Positions 52,601 through 64,000 of a DNA stretch of 64,000 nucleotides are shown piece after piece (position 1 is the first letter of the stretch; each line of letters opens with the position of its first letter). Origin of the DNA: Tubulanus polymorphus (lineage: Eukaryota; Animalia; Nemertea); assembly GCF_964204645.1 (NCBI RefSeq), contig NC_134025.1, positions 29,926,299 to 29,990,298 on the forward strand, given 5' to 3'. Below the pieces are notes generated by a model, which did not search any database, was not told where the DNA came from, and was given only the letters and a program-made list of their open reading frames with translations. A program made the translations under genes and the position numbers.

Positions 52601-55600
52601 CAATCGATCTCTGTCATCGATAAACACGATATAACAAATCCACCCTGGTACTTTAAGAATGCAGAATTTCAGATTGCGTAAATAGTAAACTATACCGATT
52701 GTTTATGAATTCTGTTTTGTTATCCTCCAACATGCGGGCGTACATCTTAATCAGCTCCATATAACTACTCGGTGTTAGGTAATACTTCCTTCTCATTTCT
52801 TGCCAATATTGAGTTGTAGCGTGAGTGACACTCGAGTGAATCTTGACGCATGCATTAGAAACACTGGTCTTTAATTCCTGAAAGAGAAAACATTTAGAGT
52901 TGGAATTGGAGTTGGAAGACCCAAGAAATCAATAAAACTCGAAAAAATGGATTGGTGAACAACAATGATTTGATCTTAGAACAAATTCAATAGCAGTGAT
53001 TTGTGTTCCCATATTCTAGTTATTACATTTTTCAAAGTCTAGATGTATAGAATTTACCTGTATATCTTGTCCCGGTTCAGAAATAAAGTGCGCATTTTGA
53101 AAGTAAACTTGCGCAACGCTTAACATAGCTTTCTCATCCCATTCGTCGTACCAATCAATAGTACAGCAGTTGATTAATGATGGATTCATGCGACAATGTT
53201 GACGGAACTTTGAACCAGCCGGACTCATCGTTAAAACTACGTGTAAACATTTCTTTACCCTCTACAAATCACGGTAAAATAATCATATAATTATAGTTTT
53301 GACTTTAAGAGCCAGAATCACGGAGTCTGAAGAACTATGTGCATGAAAATGAGTAAAAGTCAGGAGAACCCAGTTCTGTAGTTGTTCCAGCGTATTCATA
53401 CCTGAATAAAGAATTGATAAACAGCCTCTCTAGTGTCGGGTATTTCCTCTTGAGCAGCGGCTGATTTTAGATTTATGGCGATTCCATCTAATTCTTCATT
53501 ATCGAATAAATCCGGAACTTCGCCAGAATTCAGTATACAGTTTATATCTTCTAGAAACGATTCCTAAAAAACAGAAATAACACTTAAAATCTGGATTACG
53601 CCACGAGAAATTATGTCTGAAATTATCAAAGTCAGGTTTTACCTTCACAATATCGCTATCAGTGAGTAGGAAAACGGTGTTTTGTCCTTGAACTCCGGCT
53701 AATTTATAAACTTCTTTCAGATCATCTCTGAAATCCTGTAGACTGTAGCCTCGAGTTAGTGTTAGAGTATAGAGTTCAGCGTTAGCTACGTGACATGCTA
53801 AACGTACAGTAGTGGATTTACCTGTACCATCCATACCAACCTATAAACAATAAATACAATCAACATGAAAACCAGAGAATTTTTTCTTGTTTTGTTTTAC
53901 TTGGTTTACCAAGACTGACCCTAATGGAAGCATTGTCACACAATGTAAGCAGCCAGCAGGATTCCAACCAACTTGTCACTCAGCAGTGAATGCAACAGCA
54001 TTCATGTCTTATCTCAATGAGCCACTGCTTTTTGAGATCGGATAAGAAGAAATGACTTATTGGCTACTTTTTACATCCTCCACTGAGCGTTCAATTACCA
54101 GGTTTAAGGATTCTCATTCCCAGAAAAGAACGTTTGACCAAGAAACTCTAAGGCTGCCACAAGTTTTTGAACCTATGAAGGCAGTAGATGAAAGACCACT
54201 TGGTCACCACTATGCCTGTCTGAAAATATACTTATTGGCTAGACGTACTAGTAACATATGTCCTCCAGGTTGTCTGAATACACGAGCAGCGCGTATTGTA
54301 TGTTCAACTGCTTCCTTGAAGAACACCATCTGTGAAGCCTGAGTGTTTCCTGTATTCTGACGCATGTAAATTTCTTCCATCGTTTGAGCTAATTTCCTCT
54401 GATCGGTGATTGGTCGATAGATTCTCACGCTGCCGGTCTCGTTCTCGTCCATGAAATCCCCGAACTCGACCGGTTCGTTCATCAACTTCTCCGCACTCCA
54501 GCGAACCTAGAATTAAACGATCAACAATCAGCAGCCCCACAGATCAGTAATTCCTGGAGATAAGGAGTTTTCAAGGAGGAAATTAAAAATTTCGAGGAAT
54601 TATCTGCATCACTTTCATATCCCAATTACACTAGAATCCTATATAAGATTTTAAAGGAATCAAGGAGTCGTAGGGACCCTGGCAGTTTATAGGCCTACTA
54701 GTGCCTACTAAAGCATCAAATTTTCTCGCAACTCACCTTGAAGTAATCGTGCAGGTTGTCTGAGAGTATTTTATAGAACACAGATCTGTCCTCGTGACAG
54801 ATCAACCGATCATGGAATACTCGAGTTGCTTCATTAGCTAATAACTGAGCGCAGTTATCTTTATTCACTATAATTGTCTCATCAGCTTGAAACAATCCGT
54901 GTACGACCTAGAAAAATAGACATTTCACGTCATTAATAACACGATCCACAATCAATCAACCCCCATCAGACAAACTTCAACAGCACTATGTAACGTATCT
55001 TGAAAACTATATCAAGCGGAAACAAACCTTTGAAAGATCACGAATATTAAATGTGTAATGTGACTTAGCCGGGGTCGGTTTCATCATCGTGCACATTCGC
55101 ATATAGGTGGCGATGCTAGCCGAAACTAGTGAAAATAAACTCTCGCGAACTTCCGGCATGAAATCGCCTTCTTGGAAGAATCGACCTAGTTGAACTTGAT
55201 ATATATGTTGCAGTGATCTGGTTGATGGCTGTGGTAATGCTAACATACTGTAATACACATGCAATAAGGCAACATGCAGTACATATAGAAAACTTAAAAC
55301 AAAAATATCATGCTGAATGTTAAATGTGTGAAGTTTCTGTAACAGATATGAGCACGAATAAATGTGGCGACTACCATCAACATGCTTAGATAAACAGTGA
55401 ACTCTGATTGCAGGTTTATGAAAGTGAAAAACTTACCAGAAATGTTTCAGAAGTCGAGGACTGACAGCGTTTCTACCGCCACCTGGTGGACCACAGGCAG
55501 ACACAACCGTTACATCATGAATCGACTGAAATTATGCAAATGAGGATGCGTTTTAGAAAAATCTCTTTTTCTTTTAGCCCGATGTTACGGTTTCTATCAC

Positions 55601-58600
55601 GGTACCTTCCATTGTAGTTTCTTGGTGTCATAGAAACCACCGAGATCTAAGAACTGTCTGAGTAACTCGAGCGGTGGTTGAGCTCCGTACTGCTCCTGAG
55701 CCGGCATATTCAAATCATCCACAAATACGACAACTTTTCGATTTTTAGGACCGGCCATAACGTCTTTACTCTTTTTGATAAGTTTATGAATAATTTGAGC
55801 TTGAGTTCTGGAGGCACTGGTCTGAGCGCTGAACTGTAGGGTCGTATAGATTATACCAGCACTTGTTTTAGGCTTCGCGCTTCCTAACAGAATATCTAAA
55901 CTCTTTTCTGCATCCTCTGAAATCAACAAAATACTCATTCAGAAAGAATTCAGCGTTGAAATACCCATCTTTTTTTCTAATAAAGCTTGTAGTGTTTTAC
56001 CTGGTTTTTCCTCTCCTAATTTAGATAGATTTGTGATATTATCCAGAAGAGCTCTGTTTCTATCGGTGAAATGAAAAACATCTCCGAGAATCGTTCCGCT
56101 TTTCGTACCCGTGGCTCCATCTTTAGCCAGTAATTTCAACGTGTCGAGAATAATTCCAGATTTTCCGACACCGGAATCACCTAAAAACGAACGATTTCAA
56201 CATGTCACGTACATCACAGATTGAAGTGATCAATAAAACAGTAAATACTATACCTGTATAGAGGACCGGGTTCTTGTTGAGTAAAAGTAATGCAGTTAGG
56301 AATGAATATCTGATTGTATCGACAGTCGGCACGATTTCATTTTCACTTGTTTTATCTTTGTTCGTCGAACTCATCGTATCACCGATAGTGATCGTCTGCC
56401 CTTTATCGATCAGAGACTGAGTACTCGGTACTAGTGAATCCCACGGCACGAAATTACCGGACTGCATATCGATGAAATAACTGAATACCGTACGATTTCC
56501 AGCAGGTAACCTCACTCCTACACAACAGAGATAGAGAAGGCGAGGCAAAAGGTTAGAGACCGCTAACTAATGAACATGACAGATTCATCGGTATTTGAAA
56601 ATTTGAGGAATTTGGGGAAGTGATTTAAAATGAGAAATCAAAACCACAAGAAACTCTCTAACTAGTCTGAATCCTTAGTCTAGTAACTAGCCTCAAGCAT
56701 GGGGGACTAGGGGGAACCTATAAGATTCTGGTATTCAGACTACCATAAAAACTCAATACAATATAAGACATTGAGTTACTGATCATAATCTGTAAAACTT
56801 ACCGAGTGGTGGCTCGATGTCGAACATTTCTCTGACCATATTATCGAAGTCAGTAGTTATATCGAAGAGATGATCAGTTTGATCGACTGTTTTCTTCGAG
56901 TGCGACAGATCATCGTCCTGTTCATCGGCTCGCTTTAAATTACCTCCAATACTCCAAACATACGCGAATACAAACAGTTTACCAACCATCGTAGTTAACT
57001 GTGTCGGATTCCTCTGTAGATAATATTTCTTCTCATTGCTATGAATAAAAACAAACATTACAGTAAAACATACAACACATCAGCTACAGTTAGTGTTTGT
57101 ATTATAGATGTGAATCACCTCTTTGAAGACATCGCGTTATCCGCGATTGTTTCCAAATCTGGACGGAGTTTTGTCTGTTTTTTCTGAGCTTTACTGCGTT
57201 TAGTTTTACCCTGTTTATCGTCGCTAGCGCTCACTGTTGCAGCTGCTGCTGCTGCTGCTGCTGCTGTCAAATCTTTCTTTTCAACTTCTGCATGAAATAT
57301 ATCAAATTTAAGATATTACAATAAATCAGTCAAAAGATCAGAGGATAGCAGAAGAGCCCGTTCACTCAGATGTGGAGAATAGATAATAAGATCAAAATCA
57401 CCATATATGATTCAGAAGATTAAAAAAGAAATTTCAAAGACTCTCTTAGAGATGAAAACATGTCTTCTAAATTCATACACAGTGGCTTTGAGTCTTAATA
57501 TGAAATGATATTGTTAAAATACCTTGTTGTCCAAATCCGCGATGTTTGATGAGGAAATCAAAGAAAGCAGTAAGTATGTTACACAGCGTGCTGATTAAAC
57601 TCATTTCTGGTGCCGGAACGTGTTGGAATTTCCATCGTTTACGAACGAAATTCAACCCGCGATCGATACTGTGTTCGAACAATGCTATCACGTGATCCAA
57701 TGCGGCTGTTGGAATATCTTTAGGTAATCTCTGTAACCAGGTTTTCACGTACGGCCTCCAACCTAAATCTACCGGGTCCTAAATATAGATATAACAGTGA
57801 TTACAGTTAAAGACAATTTTCGTCAGGTTTCAGTTAAACTTTACTTTTTCTGAAACTCCTGTAACATATTACAACTTCATGTATTACAAGTCATTGTAAA
57901 AATTTTTGTAATCTATTTCTGGAACGAACAAATAAATAAATAGGAATTTTATTCACTTTCCACCAACTTACAAAACCCCTGGGTTTTCCATGTTATAACA
58001 CAAGATCCTCTGAGTTTATCTGTGGAATTTCTAGGTTTTAAAATGTAACATTCATTCATTTTTCATTGAATCGCGTACTGATTAAGTTTTCCAGGTTTTC
58101 CAGGTCAGTGGCCACCCCGTTATTAACAATCATTTTAGGCTGTTAGTGCTTACCATGTAAACCATAGCACATCGACTGATAGTTGCCGGACTTGCTTGTG
58201 AAAGATTATCAACTTCAAACATCAGCCTCATTCTCGACGTTAACGAAATTCGTTCGCCGTTCGCTAAACACAAAGTCTTCGTATCATCGAGAACCGTGTT
58301 TAGATTCTCTACCCACAGAGTATCGACCGGTCCGTCTAAAACTAACCACTTCCAGTTAGTCGGAATAGCGTCGATCATTTCCGTAGAGTTCACCATCTCG
58401 GGGAATGCTTCTGCGATACTCGCCGATCGATTACCAGATGCCTTTCAATATTAGATATATCAACAATCAAAAACTAGATAAACATTTTAAACGATTACAT
58501 CAAAACCCCCCTTCTCTTAGAAGAGTCCAAAATGTTTCCTTGAGCTAGTAGTTTTATTCAACCTTTTCACTATATCCTAATAGTCATCTATTTTTCTTTC

Positions 58601-61600
58601 CTAGTGAGGGATTTTATATTATCCAAAAAAACTAGATTTTGGATCAAATACAAAAATTTGAATTTTGAATTCACCTCTGAAGTAACGGTCATTCCTGTTG
58701 ACGTTCTTTCATCAGGTGCGGACGTCTCGTCTTTCGCGAATTTCCTCGTCGCCATAGCGATCAATCCATCTGACCATTCGAACGTATTCGGATCAGTTTC
58801 ACCGAACAGTTTCCCGAGTTTGACACATTTCGGATTCACGGTAAAAACTTCAACTTGACCCCTTTTAGAACGATTCATCTGTAATCAAGTTTAGTTTGGT
58901 TGATAAACTATTCCATAATTACAATTACAATAACAATCAGTAAACAGGAAGACTGCAGTACTTTTTAGGTTAACTTTACTGGTAGTACTAAAGGAAATTT
59001 CCATGTACTTGTAGCGGAAGCATTTTTATATAATCAAGTTAACTTTACAAGTACTATCAGTCAACAGGTTTACTGATTTAATACCAGGGGCCAGTCATAA
59101 CTTAGATTTCTAAGACCATCTTTGTTCTAAAGCCAATCAATCAACTTAAGATCAGTCTTAAGATTTAAGACCGCATTTTGTCACGACTGAACAACTGGGT
59201 CCATAACAATCTATAATGCACTCACCACAAATTCCTTTTCGCCTTCATCATTGACAGTAACATTAATTGAAGGCATGAGAACTAAAGCTTTCTGTAGGAT
59301 TGATCGTACGGTGGTTTTACCGCCCCCTGTTGGACCGACGAGCATTACGCCGTGACGTACGAGTATCTGACTGTACAGTTGTTTAACCCTTTCAATCTGA
59401 CTCGGCCAATTCTGTAGATTCTGATCTTCGATCGATTTATGAATCGCTTTCTACAAACAATTCAACAACGGAATTATTATCTATTGATTGATGTACGATG
59501 AAAAATCAACAGGTTTCGAATGAAGTTACCTCGATAATACCGAAGTCCTGCTGTGGCGGGGTAACACCCGGAAACAGATCCGCTAAAATACTCTCAAATA
59601 GCGGAACATCTTCAGCCAGGAATTTCGGTAAATTAGCATCGCGCAGAGCATGGATGAGAATGTGACTTTCTTCTTCCTCAGAAATTTCTCTCACATTTCC
59701 CTGTTCCCTTTAAATGAGAAAACAGACCAAATATGTTAAATTCACATGACAGATTGAATCACAGTTTATGAATGTTATATATTTACCCCATTTGAGCGAA
59801 TCTCTTTCGCTGTCCGGCCATTACTAACACTGATTTGATCGCTCTCATTCCGAAATCGTAATGATCCTGTTGTGATAACTGTTTGCTCGCTAGTTGATAT
59901 AAATTCACCATTTTCCTCGATAAAGATTTCGCTCCCGTGAAACCTTCAGAGAACAGCATTATCTCAGCGATTAATGTGTAATCAGGGACCATCATAGCGA
60001 CGGGACGGAATAATGATTTCAGATTATCAGGGAGTTCCACTCGACCCGCGTAACTATAAAACATTATAGGAAGCAACGTGTCATAAATCTCTAAAATTGT
60101 GAATTTATTTCACTCAACAGACTTTCCACGGTTTACTTACGTAGGATTCATAGTTATAAAGAAACCACACGTTGGATTCAATTTGATTTCACGTCCTTCA
60201 AACAAAAACCTATAAAAGAGCATCATTTTAACCATAAATTCAAAGAAAACATCTTCTTAAATATTCAGTTTATGGGGTAAAACAGCTTATTTACCTCTGA
60301 TTTGTACCACCAACATCTTTAGCAGTTTTAATGGTGTAAATTTGCTGTGCAACGACTGACAAAACTTCCAGATCGATCCGATTAAACTCATCGAAACAAC
60401 ACCAACTGCCAGACTGTGATAATCCGGCGAAGAATTTACCGAGCATCTAATAGAAAAATACACAGTACAAAATAGAACTATGAAAATACAAATGAGAATA
60501 AAGAAATAAGTGTTTAAAACTGTGACGAACCTTAAAATCTAAACCTTCCGAACAGTTAAATACAACACATTGTTTTCCCATAGCCTGAAATACGAAAATA
60601 CATAATTCAAAACTTATACATGATACATGTATCGTACATAAATGTAGATCGTTCCGCAATTAAACAGACCTTTGCTAAATCTTTGACAGTTTCAGTTTTA
60701 CCGGTTCCAGCTGGTCCGGCAGGCGAACCGCCGAGATTCAGATGCAGTGCTCCGGTAAGAGTCAAATAACATCGATCGGTTAAAGGAGTCATTACGAGTC
60801 GTGGAGAACATCCCAAATATTCATAACCGTAAACAAACACAGCGTTAGACTGTAATACGTTACAGTTATTATTCTGATTGTCCCATTCATAACGTAATTG
60901 TCTGCAAAATGAATTTCACATTTTAAACAAATTTTGTCATACTGATAATTATACAAGTTATCATTATTTCTTCAGAAAGTTGTAAGTTTAGTGTCTTAAT
61001 TATGAATGAGTGGAAAAATATGTCTCGGATCTCGTGGGACCAATAAATCATCTCAAAGGTACGCAAATTCCAGGGCAGTCGGAGCAGGGATATGTATTAT
61101 TACGATGAATTGGAGACAATTTGTAATATATTTTCTGGAGCACGCGATAATCTGAGGCAATCAAGTCTACTGTACGTGTAAAGGAATCATACCTGGACCA
61201 TTCAAAATCATCTCGTTTTCTGATTTTATTTTCGATCATGTCGTTCAGCACGTCGCGATTGTGAACGTTGATTATCAACATGGCTTCAACGCTGTGTCTG
61301 AGGTGAGGTTGTAACGGCGTCACGACTAAACCGGCTAACTTCTTCAAACTCTCTATCATTCTATCTTTCACTTTGATCAAAGCCGTGCGAGGATTTGGTT
61401 CTTCAAATGATTCATCAACGTCTTTAGTGAACACAATTTGATTCTGAAAGATGCGAGTCGTAGAGTGATCTATATCTGTATTCATAACAACATACACGGC
61501 GTAGAATAATAACTTACCACTGTCAGAACCACTTGTCCTGGATGATTGACGACCCAATCCGATAAATCCCGCCCCTGCCAGTCAGATAAACCAGCCTTCA

Positions 61601-64000
61601 AGTGCCTAACATTACAAATAATGAATAAAATAACTGTATGATCTGCTGTAAGAATGAAAGATTAAAATGAGGAGAATTTCGTTACCTTTTCACAGTATCA
61701 AACATTCCATTTTCCACACTACCTAACCATTGCTCTACAGGCCCCCTAGCTCTAACATTCCTATAAACATAAATTTGAATTGTCAATGTCAATAATGTTT
61801 GCAAAGGCAGGGTTTTTACTGATTAAGGAATCCGAAATTCCCTGATATTTCCCTGACCCTTGACCAAAAATACCCTGCCACTCATCAACAAAAAAACAAC
61901 AAGAAATTTCCCTGAATTTCCTAATAAATCCAGAATTCTCTAATTTCCTTGATCTGTCAGATCCCTATAAGACTCATTTCCTTCGACTTACTTTGGCATC
62001 GTAACGGTTTCACCTTCAGCAGACGTCATAGTAACCACAGTCGGAGGCAGACGCGCCTCGCGTTTGATTTCCAGTGATTTGATATTGCCGAAACACTTAT
62101 CGAGATGAGGCTGCACGGCATCAGGATCTTTAGACTGAGCGAGAATATCCAACAGATCATCGTTACTGAGGAAATAAAACCTCGGAAACACGATACGCTT
62201 CGTTTCCAAATAATCCTGACGATAAAAACAACACATTTTTCAATCAATCACATACTTGATTCCGAGATGTATAGAGAGAAGTAGATTTTATCTGTTATGA
62301 TATAAGATACCTCTAAACATTTCTGTATTTTCTCAAGGTTCGCGTTGTTCGATTGCAACATCTCTAAAACTCCCGGAGACGTCGCTGATTTTAAAGCGTT
62401 CGGACGATCTTCCGTTCGTCTCATTATATCCTTCCAATGACGATCGATTTGACTGAACATTTTAGACTCAGTCGGCAGCTGCCTAAATACGAATAGATAA
62501 TATCAGATGATTATCGTGATATTTTGAGAATATGATCATATTTCGATATTTTACCTCTGAATATCCGGTGTTGAGAATATCTGTTCGAGATAAAGCCAGT
62601 TTCTTTGACAAGTCATCCATTCGTCTAACGTACGTGAAAACAACGCCAGGCGACGTTCCCAATCTTCTACCGCCCCCTAATGGATGATATACACACTAAT
62701 ATACGTATTACATGTATCGAAACTTCGACAAAAACAAGAAGAATATTTTCAAAATCGAACCTTGATCGGTGTAACGTAGCGCGAACCACGTATTGTTCCT
62801 ATGGTTACTTGGCTTTCTTCCAATTGCGCCATCAAATCTTCAGCTCCAGCGATGATCGATGTATCGCGACCTTGATGCGGAATCAAACGGAAATCCGTAC
62901 TTTGCCATAAATCCTGAACCTTCTGCAGCATAATTTCCAACGTAGCTTCATTACTGGCTGTGGTCGATATATCTTGAATCTTATCTTTGTGTTGAAATAT
63001 CTGAATATACGAAATACATTTACATGTATTATTCTATTCTTATTCTATATAAATACTATGGATTTGTAAATTTAATCTCTTGCGCTATGCCTGAAGAGGG
63101 GATAATGTAACTCCCAAAAACGTTCGCTATAATAAATATATATTACTCATTAGAAAATGAGATTTGTACTGTTTTTGCTTCTATAGATTTTGAATTATCT
63201 GGTATCTCTACGTAAGATCTACATTTACATATATTCATGAATGGTAGGAACTATATGGGGTATGATATTAACCTTCATATCGAGCAGATTTCCCAGAGTG
63301 AATGTTTTATCCCGAGCGATTGCTTTACCGATGATCTTTTCAATCACTTGCCAGTGTCTCATTTTAAGCGACGGATTACGCAAGCTCGTTATGACCGGCA
63401 TTCCTTGTTTGAAATCTATCACGTTCGTTTTTAACTTCGGTAGAACTTCGTTATGAGGAAGACCTGATAAACAGACAGACATAGATTCATTTAAACATCT
63501 ACCAGTGAATCTAGGAATGTTCTTCTCAGATGATCCAGGGTCTCTACAGATCAGTCATTCCTGGATATAAGGAGTTTTCAAAGAGTTTTTAAGGAGAACA
63601 TTTCATATTTCGAGGAAGCGTCTGCATCACTTTCATATCCCAATTACAGAAGACTCCTTCTAAATCGGTACTATTTATTTCAGTAGAACAGTAATTTGGT
63701 GATATCATAAGCAAATATTTATCCTTGATAATACTAAACTTGGTATCCACTTGAAAGGGTAACAAAAAGATTCTGCTTCTAACTGTACTAAATTAGGACT
63801 GTACAACGTCTGAAGTATGTAAGCTTCCTATTTCTCAAAATTGAAGGAGTTTTAAAGGAGTTTCTGTTTAGGAGTTTTTAAGGAATTGATGAGTCGTTAC
63901 CTTTCTCGAGCATGTAAACAGTTTGCGTAAATCGACCGACGCTTTTCTGCAAATTCTCGACATTCAACGAATCGAATGCAGTCTCCGTCCATTCGTCTAA
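43643..64000 (-). CDS. DNAH14: Axonemal dynein heavy chain, DNAH14-like (single-headed inner-arm class, DNAH6-related); 5' partial, linker to C-terminus
   Basis: Linker [19 protein letters not shown]1 [31 protein letters not shown] and CFDEFNR. AAA2 GPTGGGKT and [22 protein letters not shown]3 GDSGVGKS and [23 protein letters not shown]4 GMDGTGKS, then the stalk/MTBD. AAA6 [13 protein letters not shown]-terminus [55 protein letters not shown] and the long AAA2/AAA3 inserts favour DNAH14. The dynein call is secure, the subtype less so. Confidence 0.85.
44376..44531. mobile_element. CAGT-ended MITE in a dynein intron
   Basis: CAGTGAACCGCACCT ... AGGTGAGTTTTACTG|TA form imperfect TIRs. Confidence 0.5.
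54540..54681 (+). repeat. Dispersed repeat, second copy at ~63536-63660 (CAGGGTC...GACCCTG-ended element)
   Basis: CAGATCAGT.ATTCCTGGA.ATAAGGAGTTTTCAA...TTTCGAGGAA..TCTGCATCACTTTCATATCCCAATTACA occurs in two different dynein introns. CAGGGTCTCTAC is at 63536 and GTAGGGACCCTG ends at 54681. Confidence 0.8.

Noticed and set aside
55917-55964. Apparent 48-nt intron in dynein, which would weaken the short-intron argument for the TIR exons
   Set aside because: A better same-phase donor (CCAG|gtaaaa) at 56000 gives a normal 84-nt intron.

Overview
AT-rich, intron-rich animal (invertebrate) genomic DNA with canonical GT-AG introns, many only about 70-90 nt long. There is no prokaryotic operon or CRISPR content. 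It holds seven protein-coding genes: the 3' end of a WAVE/SCAR gene (+), gamma-tubulin complex component 4 (-), an unnamed ~909-aa Macro-like + TIR + TIR + TIR protein ending in a CaaX box (+), alpha-catulin (-), Yippee-like 5 (-), an EHD/RME-1 ATPase (+), and the 3' part of a DNAH14-like axonemal dynein heavy chain (-). Introns and UTRs carry a tRNA-headed CORE-like SINE with a target-site duplication, several MITE families and a 117-bp tandem repeat. The most unusual element is the Macro/triple-TIR gene at 10000-15428. Its domain set resembles bacterial TIR/Macro (Thoeris-like) nucleotide-signalling modules, and it is predicted to be prenylated. The catalytic half of its first TIR domain is encoded by two paralogous 174-nt exons only 41 nt apart, which are probably mutually exclusive. 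All gene models were read by hand, and no database searches were run.
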